Below are positions 1 through 9,050 of a stretch of 41,067 nt of DNA, piece after piece. Within the stretch, counting starts at the first letter, position 1, and each line of letters starts with the position of its first letter. The stretch lies in IMG/VR virus record IMGVR_UViG_2541047898_000010. One strand, given 5' to 3'. The notes below the pieces were generated by a model. The model worked only from the letters and a program-made list of their open reading frames with translations, was not told where the DNA came from and ran no database searches. The position numbers and the translations under genes were made by a program. Source of the stretch: a virus. Lineage: Duplodnaviria > Heunggongvirae > Uroviricota > Caudoviricetes.

Positions 1-1158
1 ATGCTCACCGTTAAGCAGATTGAAGCAGCAAAGCCGAAAGAAAAACCATACCGCCTTCTCGATGGTAATGGCCTGTACCTTTATGTTCCTGTATCCGGGA
101 AAAAGGTATGGCAGCTTCGCTACAAGATTGACGGTAAGGAGAAAATCATGACCGTCGGAAAATATCCGCTTATGACTTTGCAGGAGGCCAGGGATAAAGC
201 ATGGACTGCGAGGAAAGACATCTCGGTTGGCATCGATCCGGTAAAAGCGAAAAAAGCTTCGTCTAATAACAATTCCTTTGGTGCGATTTACAAGGAATGG
301 TACGAGCACAAGAAGCAAGTCTGGTCTGTAGGGTATGCGACTGAACTTGCCAAAATGTTTGATGACGACATTTTACCTATCATCGGCGGCCTTGAAATTC
401 AGGATATTGAGCCGATGCAACTGCTGGAAGTAATCCGCAGATTTGAAGATCGCGGTGCAATGGAGCGAGCCAACAAAGCCCGCAGAAGATGCGGCGAGGT
501 TTTCCGTTACGCTATTGTCACCGGAAGGGCTAAATATAACCCAGCACCTGACCTTGCTGACGCCATGAAGGGATACCGCAAGAAGAACTTCCCGTTTCTT
601 CCTGCAGACCAGATCCCGGCATTCAACAAAGCACTGGCAACATTTTCAGGAAGTATCGTATCGCTCATTGCGACCAAAGTTTTACGCTACACAGCACTCA
701 GAACAAAAGAGCTTCGTTCCATGCAATGGAAGAACGTCGATTTTGAAAACAGGATTATCACTATCGACGCCAGTGTGATGAAGGGCCGCAAGATACATGT
801 TGTTCCTATGTCAGACCAGGTGGTTGAACTTCTCACTACGTTAAGCTCCATCACCAAACCAGTATCAGAGTTTGTTTTTGCCGGGCGTAACGATAAGAAG
901 AAGCCAATCTGCGAGAACGCGGTATTGCTTGTGATCAAACAAATCGGCTATGAGGGCCTGGAAAGCGGTCACGGATTCAGGCATGAATTCAGCACGATTA
1001 TGAACGAGCACGAATGGCCTGCCGACGCCATTGAAGTGCAACTGGCACATGCCAATGGCGGATCTGTGCGCGGCATTTACAACCATGCTCAGTATCTCGA
1101 TAAGCGCAGAGAAATGATGCAGTGGTGGGCGGACTGGATTGATGAAAAGGTAGAGTGA
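1..1158 (+). CDS. int: Tyrosine integrase (P4 / IntS-like family)
   Basis: 385 aa; C-terminal catalytic pattern R...HxxR...Y (LRTKELRS, GHGFRHEF, VRGIYNHAQY); followed directly by gtrABC as in enterobacterial serotype-converting prophages. Confidence 0.9.
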   Translation: MLTVKQIEAAKPKEKPYRLLDGNGLYLYVPVSGKKVWQLRYKIDGKEKIMTVGKYPLMTLQEARDKAWTARKDISVGIDPVKAKKASSNNNSFGAIYKEWYEHKKQVWSVGYATELAKMFDDDILPIIGGLEIQDIEPMQLLEVIRRFEDRGAMERANKARRRCGEVFRYAIVTGRAKYNPAPDLADAMKGYRKKNFPFLPADQIPAFNKALATFSGSIVSLIATKVLRYTALRTKELRSMQWKNVDFENRIITIDASVMKGRKIHVVPMSDQVVELLTTLSSITKPVSEFVFAGRNDKKKPICENAVLLVIKQIGYEGLESGHGFRHEFSTIMNEHEWPADAIEVQLAHANGGSVRGIYNHAQYLDKRREMMQWWADWIDEKVE

Positions 1159-1309
1159 GCGACCTTAAACTATCGAATAGCACAAAGTCTTGCAATCCAG
1201 TGCAAAGCTTTGTGCGCCTCAGTTTTGTCTCATCAACCACAGCAAGTCATCGATCGATTGAGACTTGGATGATAGACTTCATGCCTTTGATTATTAGCTG
1301 ATAGAAGAA

Positions 1310-1672
1310 ATGTTAAAGCTATTTGCAAAGTACACCTCGATTGGTGTGCTGAACACACTTATACACTGGGTGGTTTTTGGTGTATGTATCTATGTCGCGC
1401 ATACAAACCAAGCTCTTGCAAACTTCGCAGGTTTCGTTGTGGCTGTGAGTTTTAGCTTCTTCGCGAATGCAAAATTCACATTCAAAGCATCGACTACAAC
1501 GATGCGCTACATGTTATATGTCGGGTTCATGGGAACACTGAGTGCAACTGTTGGATGGGCTGCTGATAGATGTTCACTTCCTCCAATTGTCACTCTTGTC
1601 ACCTTCTCCGCCATCAGCCTGGTGTGCGGTTTCGTCTATTCAAAGTTCATTGTCTTTAGGGATGCGAAATGA
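1310..1672 (+). CDS. gtrA: GtrA, bactoprenol-linked glucose translocase (flippase)
   Basis: 120 aa small polytopic membrane protein of GtrA type; ATGA overlap with the next gene at 1669-1672. Confidence 0.9.
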   Translation: MLKLFAKYTSIGVLNTLIHWVVFGVCIYVAHTNQALANFAGFVVAVSFSFFANAKFTFKASTTTMRYMLYVGFMGTLSATVGWAADRCSLPPIVTLVTFSAISLVCGFVYSKFIVFRDAK

Positions 1673-2580
1673 AGATATCTCTTGTAGTTCCTGTCTTCAA
1701 TGAAGAAGAAGCGATACCAATTTTTTATAAAACGGTACGTGAATTCGAAGAGTTGAAGCCATATGAAGTGGAAATTGTTTTCATAAATGACGGCAGTAAA
1801 GACGCTACGGAGTCAATTATTAATGCTCTGGCTGTTTCAGATCCTCTAGTGGTTCCGCTGTCATTTACACGAAACTTTGGTAAAGAACCCGCATTGTTTG
1901 CAGGGTTAGACCATGCAACCGGGGATGCTGTAATTCCAATTGATGTTGACCTGCAAGACCCGATTGAGGTTATTCCTCATCTTATTGAAAAGTGGCAGGC
2001 AGGTGCTGATATGGTGCTTGCTAAACGATCTGACCGATCAACGGATGGCAGACTGAAGAGGAAAACCGCCGAGTGGTTCTATAAGCTGCATAACAAAATC
2101 AGCAATCCGCAGATCGAGGAAAATGTTGGTGATTTCCGTCTGATGTCTCGTGAAGTCGTAGAGAACATTAAGCTCATGCCAGAACGCAACCTTTTCATGA
2201 AGGGTGTTTTGAGTTGGGTTGGTGGTCGCACTGATATCGTTGATTATGCCCGCGCAGAACGTGTTGCTGGCAGTACCAAGTTCAACGGATGGAAGTTGTG
2301 GAATCTTGCTCTTGAGGGAATTACGAGCTTCTCGACTTTTCCGCTACGTATGTGGACTTACATCGGCCTTCTCGTCGCTGGCTTAGCATTTACATATGGC
2401 GCATGGATGATTCTGGACACTCTGGCGTTTGGAAACCCGGTTAGAGGTTATCCATCCCTGCTAGTATCTATACTTTTCCTTGGTGGTATCCAACTCATTG
2501 GTATTGGTGTTCTTGGTGAGTACATTGGACGAATTTATATTGAAACAAAACAACGCCCAAAATACATTATCAAACGGTAA
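1669..2580 (+). CDS. gtrB: GtrB, bactoprenol glucosyltransferase (GT2 family)
   Basis: 303 aa; N-terminal GT2 domain ([23 protein letters not shown]) and C-terminal membrane helices. Confidence 0.9.
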   Translation: MKISLVVPVFNEEEAIPIFYKTVREFEELKPYEVEIVFINDGSKDATESIINALAVSDPLVVPLSFTRNFGKEPALFAGLDHATGDAVIPIDVDLQDPIEVIPHLIEKWQAGADMVLAKRSDRSTDGRLKRKTAEWFYKLHNKISNPQIEENVGDFRLMSREVVENIKLMPERNLFMKGVLSWVGGRTDIVDYARAERVAGSTKFNGWKLWNLALEGITSFSTFPLRMWTYIGLLVAGLAFTYGAWMILDTLAFGNPVRGYPSLLVSILFLGGIQLIGIGVLGEYIGRIYIETKQRPKYIIKR

Positions 2581-2586
2581 GAATTA

Positions 2587-4053
2587 ATGAAAAGAAAACA
2601 ATATTTTTCTACAATACTGACATGCACAATGCTATTTGTTCTGCCTATAATAATCGCCAATGTTTACTATATAGATGATAATTATAGGTCTATAACTGGC
2701 GATGACGCGTGGCACATAGATGGCCGCCCTTTATCAGACTTATTAATGTACATCGTTAATGGGAATACTCATTTAACAGATACTTCCCCATTACCAACTT
2801 TCATTTCAATTATACTTTTATCAGTAAGTAGTTATTCATTCTCTAAAAGGTACATTGGTTTTAATCATGGTGTAATCCCATTTACTTTGATACCACTTTG
2901 TATTTTTGCCAGCCCATTTTTCATTGAGAATGTAGTTTATAAATTTGATGTGCTTCCAATGTGTGCATCTATTAGCTTATCTTATTTGTTTATAAATGTA
3001 AGTATAGCAAATAGATTTCTCAAGTTGCTGTGTCTATCTGTAATAGTCACATGCATATTATCTGCTTACCAAGCATCTATAAACTTTTTGCTATCACTAG
3101 TTCTATGTGAGTTCTTATCAAGATACAACAACAATGTAAAGAACTTATTTTCTTTTATTATTGAAACAATGGCGTCTCTTTGTATTGGTGCTTTTATTTA
3201 TTTAAAGATTATACTTCCTATTTTTCTTATAACACCTGAGTCCTCAGATCACCCAATGCTAGAGGCGCAAAATATTATTGGTGTTGCTTACAGCAATTCT
3301 CTGTATTACTTAAACTTAATATGGATATCAATACCTGAATCATGGCGATATATCTACTTGTTATTATTTGCTATGTCTATTATTTGCGCAATATGTATTG
3401 CAATAATCAAAAAGGAAAATGGAATTACTGGATTGATTCTATGCCTTATTGCTGGTCTATCGCCGATCATTTCCGTCTTGTGTTCATTTATAAGCCTATC
3501 AACCCTATCTTCGCCATTGCCATTCCCAAGAGTCATGATAGGATTCTCTGGTACATGCCTATTTATTGCAATGGTTATATTTGAGTTCACAAAATCTTTT
3601 AGGGCTAAGGTATTCTATATATTAGCAATACCAGTCTGGTTTTCTTTTGGTATGTACTATTCATATGGAAACGCTTTACGAGCAAGCAGCGATATTACTG
3701 ATGCTATATTTAACAATATAAAAGATGATGTATTTTCATTAACAAAGAAAGAAGACTCTGTAATATTATTCCACGGAGCAACACCAAAAAGCAAAGTGTT
3801 GTTAAACTCAATTAAGAATTACCCTATAATAGGTGGTTTGGTTCCAGATTACCTTACAAACTGGACTTTACCTTATACATATATGTCAAGAATAGGAATT
3901 TCCTATGTAAAAGATTATAGCGTCAATGCTGATGATATAATAAATAACAATAATTTTTGTTCTAATTCTGATAGAATAGAACGATATAATTATAATGTTC
4001 TATTTTTTGATGATATTTCAATAATAGATTTCAGTAAAGAACTTTGCAGGTAA
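2587..4053 (+). CDS. Serotype-specific O-antigen glucosyltransferase (Gtr type-specific, GtrC-like)
   Basis: 488 aa, strongly hydrophobic multi-pass protein, markedly AT-rich compared with neighbours, third gene of a gtrAB cassette. Confidence 0.7.
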   Translation: MKRKQYFSTILTCTMLFVLPIIIANVYYIDDNYRSITGDDAWHIDGRPLSDLLMYIVNGNTHLTDTSPLPTFISIILLSVSSYSFSKRYIGFNHGVIPFTLIPLCIFASPFFIENVVYKFDVLPMCASISLSYLFINVSIANRFLKLLCLSVIVTCILSAYQASINFLLSLVLCEFLSRYNNNVKNLFSFIIETMASLCIGAFIYLKIILPIFLITPESSDHPMLEAQNIIGVAYSNSLYYLNLIWISIPESWRYIYLLLFAMSIICAICIAIIKKENGITGLILCLIAGLSPIISVLCSFISLSTLSSPLPFPRVMIGFSGTCLFIAMVIFEFTKSFRAKVFYILAIPVWFSFGMYYSYGNALRASSDITDAIFNNIKDDVFSLTKKEDSVILFHGATPKSKVLLNSIKNYPIIGGLVPDYLTNWTLPYTYMSRIGISYVKDYSVNADDIINNNNFCSNSDRIERYNYNVLFFDDISIIDFSKELCR

Positions 4054-4055
4054 AA

Positions 4056-4085
4056 AAAGCCCTCTTTAGTGAGGGCTGTTTTTTC
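4056..4085. terminator. Bidirectional intrinsic terminator between convergent gtr cassette and tailspike gene
   Basis: A-run, stem agccctc (4058-4064) / gagggct (4071-4077), then T-run gtttttt. Confidence 0.6.
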
Positions 4086-5934
4086 ACTCAAATAAAGTTT
4101 CCATAATGTATGTGATGCTACCAGTAAATTTAGATGTGGTGCTAATGCTAGAGTCCTGGAGTGGGCTGGTTGCAGGAATTTGGTGATTGTAGAAGTCTAT
4201 AGATGTTGACCCTCTTTCTATAGCAATGGAACACATCCCCACACCAGGTTGTAGTCCTGTAGCAATGGATACAATTCCACTGGCGCGGTTTGACGAAGGG
4301 TAAGGTAAATCCCTGATTTTCATTGCTCCAGTCTGCCCGCTGAATCCATTTAATTCCAAAGAAAATTCGACTGTAACAAGGCCTCCGTCTTTCCTGAATT
4401 TTATATCCGCTGACGCACCTGAAATTCCAACCGTGCTCGTACCAAATGTTATTCTTGCCCCATCAAGAGAGCCTTTAGAGATGAATGGCTCAGGAACTAT
4501 GGACTCAGATGCACCTGTTGCACGATATAAATATTTGTTACCTGGGGTATTAACAATAACAGTAGATCCTGACGCCCATGGACCAGAGCCAATAACAGGC
4601 AACTCTCCACTCTCAAACAGACTGTTAGTAAACACCAAGTTGTTGCCAGGACCGTGTATAAACACGTCGTATTTATATGTTCCACCAGATCTAAAATTGT
4701 TAATTGTTATCCTGTTTTGTGTGCCGTTAATGGATATAAGTGGGCTTTGATCATTGGCGATAGGCAGACATCGGAAAGAATCTATGTTGATTGTGTTCTC
4801 ATTAAGGAATGCTAATGCAGAACCATAATCCAAAGTTTTAGCTCTTGCTTGTTCACAACCACAACCTAATAAATTGATATTAGAACACTTATCAAAAAAA
4901 TAAGCTGTACTTGTGGTTCCATCAGATGCGCATCCTATGAGATTAGAATAACTGACGTTTTCTAAACGAAAAGCCCCGGGAGTCGTATCACCATACTCGT
5001 CTGGTGAGGCGCACCAAACATTGGTATAGGTAGTAGATGTTCCACCATTCTGCCTTATCTGGCCCCATGTCGCGATGTTAGTTAGCGTTGTCAGCCAAAC
5101 ATCATTCATCAAAATAGCGGTCTTAGCATTCTTTACCCCTATCCGCTCAAGAGCATATGCTTGCCCTGCATTTATAGCCAGTCCACATTCTCCTCCAAGA
5201 TCATCAGCCTCTAGCGTAATATCTCTTAATGTCACCCTCTGTGGAAAAGTTTCATAAGATGGAGCCTCAGAATCAACATAAGCTACCGTATCAACAGTAA
5301 ACTCTGGTGCTGATGAGGATTGCCCAGGCTTTAATGTTACAGTTGCATTACCGGTTTTTTTAAATCTCTTTGTGGTTTGAATTTCTGTCCCAGATAGAAT
5401 GAACTGATAATCATGATCTCCATGGTAGGTTTTAAATGAGCTGAATTTAAATCCATCTATTGGGGTGTTCACGTTACCAATGATGTTAGGAAGTTTTTCT
5501 CCGAGAGTGTCACCCACATTGCTTTGGGTGCCGCTTTCTGGGTTTGTGTATCCAACCAGGTTTGCGCCAACTCCTGATCCTAACTCTTGTCTCAATTGGT
5601 CTGGATCATACTTCAGCACATTAGGGAAATAGAATTGCTGAGCACCATATGCATCATAAACAGCCATAGAATGGCCTTGCACGGTAACGAATTTGGCAAT
5701 CTGTCCGTTATATACCGGGTAACCAGCAGCGTTAATGATGATTGGTTGCGAAACAGGAACGTGAGAGCCGTCTTCGTTCTCCACATAAACCTGAATCTGG
5801 TTTTCAGTATTTACCGGATCAGTGTCAATTTTTCCGATATAAATCTTTCCATTAGCTACGGCTTTAAAAGAACGAGCCATAGTGAAGAGTTGCGAAGGCA
5901 TGCTTACTACAACATTGGCTGTAATGTCTGTCAT
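4084..5934 (-). CDS. Tailspike protein (P22/Sf6-type head-binding N-terminus, distinct receptor-binding domain)
   Basis: 616 aa; first ~110 aa ([11 protein letters not shown]...KIDTDPVN...VLKYDPDQ) match P22 tailspike N-terminal domain from memory; ATG at 5932-5934. Confidence 0.9.
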   Translation of the reverse strand: MTDITANVVVSMPSQLFTMARSFKAVANGKIYIGKIDTDPVNTENQIQVYVENEDGSHVPVSQPIIINAAGYPVYNGQIAKFVTVQGHSMAVYDAYGAQQFYFPNVLKYDPDQLRQELGSGVGANLVGYTNPESGTQSNVGDTLGEKLPNIIGNVNTPIDGFKFSSFKTYHGDHDYQFILSGTEIQTTKRFKKTGNATVTLKPGQSSSAPEFTVDTVAYVDSEAPSYETFPQRVTLRDITLEADDLGGECGLAINAGQAYALERIGVKNAKTAILMNDVWLTTLTNIATWGQIRQNGGTSTTYTNVWCASPDEYGDTTPGAFRLENVSYSNLIGCASDGTTSTAYFFDKCSNINLLGCGCEQARAKTLDYGSALAFLNENTINIDSFRCLPIANDQSPLISINGTQNRITINNFRSGGTYKYDVFIHGPGNNLVFTNSLFESGELPVIGSGPWASGSTVIVNTPGNKYLYRATGASESIVPEPFISKGSLDGARITFGTSTVGISGASADIKFRKDGGLVTVEFSLELNGFSGQTGAMKIRDLPYPSSNRASGIVSIATGLQPGVGMCSIAIERGSTSIDFYNHQIPATSPLQDSSISTTSKFTGSITYIMETLFE

Positions 5935-6066
5935 TTAATTTGCTCCAGATACAATGAATCGCCGCAGCGTGGCCACGGTTGGTATTTGTTGCATACCGAA
6001 ACGGTACGATTGTTGATTTGTACAGTAGGTTTTACGATGCCATTCCACCCATTTGGTGAGGCATTG
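5935..6066. promoter_or_regulatory. Divergent control region between tailspike and mnt with a perfect 10-bp palindrome CGTGGCCACG (5968-5977)
   Basis: Palindrome read directly; resembles in style the Mnt operator of P22; putative -35 TTGTTG / -10 TACGAT for mnt on plus strand. Confidence 0.4.
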
Positions 6067-6324
6067 ATGATGTACAGCAAATACGATGAGGCGCAGTTCC
6101 ACTTGAGGCTTACGCACGAGTTGCACGCCAAGATTAAACAGCGTGCAAAAATGAATAACAGGTCTATCAATTCCGAAATTGTGGCTACGATGGAAGAATC
6201 ACTCTCCAAACCACCACCTGTAAGCGGGTATCGTGATGAAGAAGAGAGGCTGGCCTCATTAATCTCGGAACGAGTAAAAGAAGTTGCGGCTGATATCCTT
6301 AGAAAAGAAAAAACCCGCGATTAA
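6067..6324 (+). CDS. mnt: Mnt-like ribbon-helix-helix repressor
   Basis: 85 aa from ATG at 6067 (C-terminal part of track ORF 5587..6324); FHLRL...NNRSINSEIV...PPVSGYRDEEERLA resembles P22 Mnt. Confidence 0.75.
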   Translation: MMYSKYDEAQFHLRLTHELHAKIKQRAKMNNRSINSEIVATMEESLSKPPPVSGYRDEEERLASLISERVKEVAADILRKEKTRD

Positions 6325-6333
6325 GCGGGTTTA
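6308..6333. terminator. Hairpin terminator between convergent mnt and antirepressor operon
   Basis: aaaaaa-cccgc-gattaa-gcggg-ttt; overlaps mnt stop codon. Confidence 0.5.
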
Positions 6334-6338
6334 GTTGG

Positions 6339-6560
6339 TTAGTTATCAAAAAGTCCGTACGTTTCTTCTTCTTCAGGTGTAAGGGGAAGAATCTCTACTC
6401 TATCTATAGATACCTTTTCAATGTACCCATGAGGTCTACTTAAAATTAAAGCTCTCTCATGCCACAGAACTCCAAGAATGTGATACCTTCCAGCATCACC
6501 TTTTACCCTAGCTCTTCCTTTGATTCTTGGCGGCATAATGCCATATTTTTTCTTTGCCAT
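6339..6560 (-). CDS. Hypothetical small protein, last gene of antirepressor operon
   Basis: 73 aa ORF; start overlaps stop of upstream gene at 6560. Confidence 0.45.
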   Translation of the reverse strand: MAKKKYGIMPPRIKGRARVKGDAGRYHILGVLWHERALILSRPHGYIEKVSIDRVEILPLTPEEEETYGLFDN

Positions 6561-7288
6561 TATGCAACATTACTCCCATGAATCAGGTGTTGTAGTGCTT
6601 TAACGCCTTCCGCATTGTAGCGGAATGCTTCCACCTGTTTGCTGGAATGCGCAGATTTATCCAGGAAGAACTTCCCGTACTGCTCAGTTTTGAGGTTGTT
6701 TGCGTTAGCAATGCGACCAATCTTGTTGGCCGTTACTCCAAGCTGCTCTGCAACCTCCCCTGCTGAGTAGTAATGCTCTTCTATTGCCGGAAGAGGTATT
6801 GCATTAAAACCAACGAGCGGGTTGATTATACTTGCTGCCGCTGTCTGCTTTGCCTCAGGCGCAAGATTTGGCATCAGATCGAACAGATTGGTAACAGCTT
6901 CAACCGTCATTTTCAATGTTCGCGCTTGACGATACTCAACAAGTCCACTCGCTGATTTACCGCTTTTAATGTGCGCTTCTTGCATGCTTTCAAGTTGGTC
7001 TACCAGTGAGCGGCGAACGGCTTTTGACTCGCGAGCGGCAACTCGCAATGCTTGCTTGATTGACATCTCAATGATAACCATCGAAGTTTTGTTCGCTTTT
7101 TGCACTACACTTTTTGTGTAGTGCTCTCCATCCAATTCATCTTCAATTTTCTCGATGAATTTGTTATTACGAACCTCCGGCTCACCGCACTGTCTACGAG
7201 CCTGATTTACCATCTCAAGCAGGCGCTGGCTGTCAATGGTTTTATCCGTGACAACGGATCCGATGTTTGCTACATTCTTAAAAGTCAT
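6560..7288 (-). CDS. Antirepressor-like protein (KilAC/ANT-type C-terminal region)
   Basis: Track ORF 6560..7375 begins with TTG; an internal ATG at 7286-7288 is preceded by AAGGAA; position downstream of arc-like gene. Confidence 0.55.
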   Translation of the reverse strand: MTFKNVANIGSVVTDKTIDSQRLLEMVNQARRQCGEPEVRNNKFIEKIEDELDGEHYTKSVVQKANKTSMVIIEMSIKQALRVAARESKAVRRSLVDQLESMQEAHIKSGKSASGLVEYRQARTLKMTVEAVTNLFDLMPNLAPEAKQTAAASIINPLVGFNAIPLPAIEEHYYSAGEVAEQLGVTANKIGRIANANNLKTEQYGKFFLDKSAHSSKQVEAFRYNAEGVKALQHLIHGSNVA

Positions 7289-7375
7289 TAGGCATTCCTT
7301 ATGTGGTAGTAAGGGTGTGACATAGGCCGCCAGCAGCACACTGGCGGTTTTCTTTTGCGCCGTCCTGTGCACCAA

Positions 7376-8002
7376 TCAATGAATCCATTCCTCGCCGCGC
7401 AGTTTTGCCAGCATTGGCTGAGCGTTCTTTACGACAAAATTGTTGGTATCAAGATTCTTCATTTCACGAAGAAGTGATTTCTTGGTTTCTTCTGACATGT
7501 AGCGAGTCTCATATGCAATATCGTAAATCCTTCCTGAAAGCTCAGAACCAATTTGCTTCATTCCTGGGTAGATGTGTTTGCACATTTGTTGACTCTTCTC
7601 CATCCACAATTGTAAGTAGCAGAGATTAACCAGCTCTTCGTCAGTGAACTGTTTTGCAATCGGTGAGCATTCTGCCTGCCGATCCAAAATATCCAGCACC
7701 CAGCGGCGGAACTCTTTGGCTACCGGAGTGCGAGCAAACATCGCGATTAGGTGGGCACCGCGTAGTGAGAAAACTCGCACTTTTTTGCGATAATTTCCTG
7801 AGGTACTCACTTCGAGTACCTGAGTCATCCCGGCGCTAAACTCATCGCTATACTTGTTATAAATCATTGTTACTGCACGGCTATTTGCATATTTAAGTGC
7901 AGATGCAATATTAGATGATGTAAACCAAACACCATGCATATCACGGGTGGGCACCAACTCAACTCCGTGGAAGTTGTAATCTGATTTTGCTACAATATTC
8001 AT
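7376..8002 (-). CDS. Bro-N domain antirepressor-like protein
   Basis: Track ORF 7376..8107 begins with TTG; ATG at 8000-8002 preceded by AGGAAA; N-terminus FHGVELVPTRDMHGVWFTSSNIASALKY resembles Bro-N / KilA-N fold. Confidence 0.6.
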   Translation of the reverse strand: MNIVAKSDYNFHGVELVPTRDMHGVWFTSSNIASALKYANSRAVTMIYNKYSDEFSAGMTQVLEVSTSGNYRKKVRVFSLRGAHLIAMFARTPVAKEFRRWVLDILDRQAECSPIAKQFTDEELVNLCYLQLWMEKSQQMCKHIYPGMKQIGSELSGRIYDIAYETRYMSEETKKSLLREMKNLDTNNFVVKNAQPMLAKLRGEEWIH

Positions 8003-8075
8003 GTTAGTTTCCTTGCATACGGTTACTGACATAGAGGCCCGGTTTGTGTTCGCGCACTGCCGGGCTTCACTATTT

Positions 8076-8249
8076 TTATTGGATGACAACATCGCCCTTT
8101 GCCTCAAGTTTCATTAATAACTCCATTCGATAAGCTATCTCTGCCTGAATTGACCTATGGCATCTTTTTGCTGATTCGCGGATATGTGAATCAACCTTTT
8201 CTGTAAAACGAACCTGACGCGGCTTGATGGAAGATATCTTTTCAGTCAT
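8076..8249 (-). CDS. arc: Arc-like ribbon-helix-helix regulator (not in the ORF track, 57 codons)
   Basis: Hand translation: MTEKISSIKPRQVRFTEKVDSHIRESAKRCHRSIQAEIAYRMELLMKLEAKGDVVIQ; ATG 8247-8249 preceded by AGGAG; pattern matches P22 Arc. Confidence 0.55.
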   Translation of the reverse strand: MTEKISSIKPRQVRFTEKVDSHIRESAKRCHRSIQAEIAYRMELLMKLEAKGDVVIQ

Positions 8250-8254
8250 TATGC

Positions 8255-8348
8255 ACTCCTGTTTTTGAAAAACTCATAATCTCACTTTTTGAGGTTTGAT
8301 TATTCACTCACACTCAGTATGAGTCAATGAATTTTTTATGGTGAACTA
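8255..8348. promoter_or_regulatory. Divergent promoter/operator region between arc-ant operon and the second repressor gene
   Basis: Minus-strand -35 TTGACT (plus 8322-8327) and -10 AATAAT (plus 8299-8304); inverted repeat ACTCA-gta-TGAGT (8313-8325); palindrome GTTTTTGAAAAAC (8261-8273). Confidence 0.4.
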
Positions 8349-8990
8349 ATGAATTTTGACGATCAATTCCCATCAAGAGTATCTCTGGCAAGACAGTCGA
8401 GGGGTATGACGCAGGCGCAGTTGTCAAAATTAGCTGGTGTTGTTCAACGTCAAATAGCTGCATACGAGGGTGGTGAGGCTAAACCACGGCTTCGTGTATT
8501 GCAGGCATTAGCCAACGCATTAGGCACTACGGCTGAGTGGTTAGCTCTGGGTGAAGGCCAGGGGCCGGGAACAAAAAACGTCATGCCTGACGTTCTGGTA
8601 AAGCAAATACCAATCCTCAAACTAGATGAAGTTATGCATTACCTAAACACAGGTGAACATTCATCGTCTAGATTTCATCCGGCAATATACAATGTTGGTG
8701 ACTCTGCATTTGCATTGACTATTGAAGGTGAAGCTATGACTACAAGTTCAGGTATTAGCTTTCCCAGAGGATCGGTTGTCACGTTCAGCCCTCTAGTAAA
8801 AGCTAAAAGCAAAGATTATGTAATAGCATCTTTGGATAAAGAGCAAATATTGAGCTTCAAACAGGTTTACATTGGTGAAATAGAGACAAACCTAGTATCC
8901 CTAAACCCAATGTATCCTAATATTCTTGTTAGAAATGAAGATGTTAGTATTTTGGCAACCGCAGTTTACCTTGAAATCCCGTTGCTTTGA
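8349..8990 (+). CDS. LexA/cI-like repressor (HTH_XRE + S24 peptidase-like domain), catalytic Ser apparently replaced by Ala
   Basis: 213 aa; N-terminal HTH (MTQAQLSKLAGVVQRQIAAYE); C-terminal region aligns with the 434 cI in this window (VEGDSMT vs IEGEAMT; FKKL vs FKQV). Confidence 0.8.
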   Translation: MNFDDQFPSRVSLARQSRGMTQAQLSKLAGVVQRQIAAYEGGEAKPRLRVLQALANALGTTAEWLALGEGQGPGTKNVMPDVLVKQIPILKLDEVMHYLNTGEHSSSRFHPAIYNVGDSAFALTIEGEAMTTSSGISFPRGSVVTFSPLVKAKSKDYVIASLDKEQILSFKQVYIGEIETNLVSLNPMYPNILVRNEDVSILATAVYLEIPLL

Positions 8991-9050
8991 TATCCTTTAG
9001 GAAGCGACACATTATCATCTGGTATCCTGCGTAAAACTAAGGAGGTTGGT

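Noticed and set aside
4433-5257. Short ORFs on both strands inside the tailspike gene (4433-4750, 4497-4685, 5075-5257)
   Set aside because: Fully embedded in a well-supported long gene; no RBS; likely chance ORFs
5587-6324. 245-aa plus-strand ORF from the track
   Set aside because: Its first two thirds lie antisense inside the tailspike gene; only the C-terminal 85 codons (mnt, from 6067) look genuine
7289-7375. Longer TTG-initiated versions of the antirepressor genes and of rha and portal from the ORF track
   Set aside because: Track starts are TTG/GTG at maximal extension; internal ATG codons with Shine-Dalgarno sequences or translational coupling are more plausible
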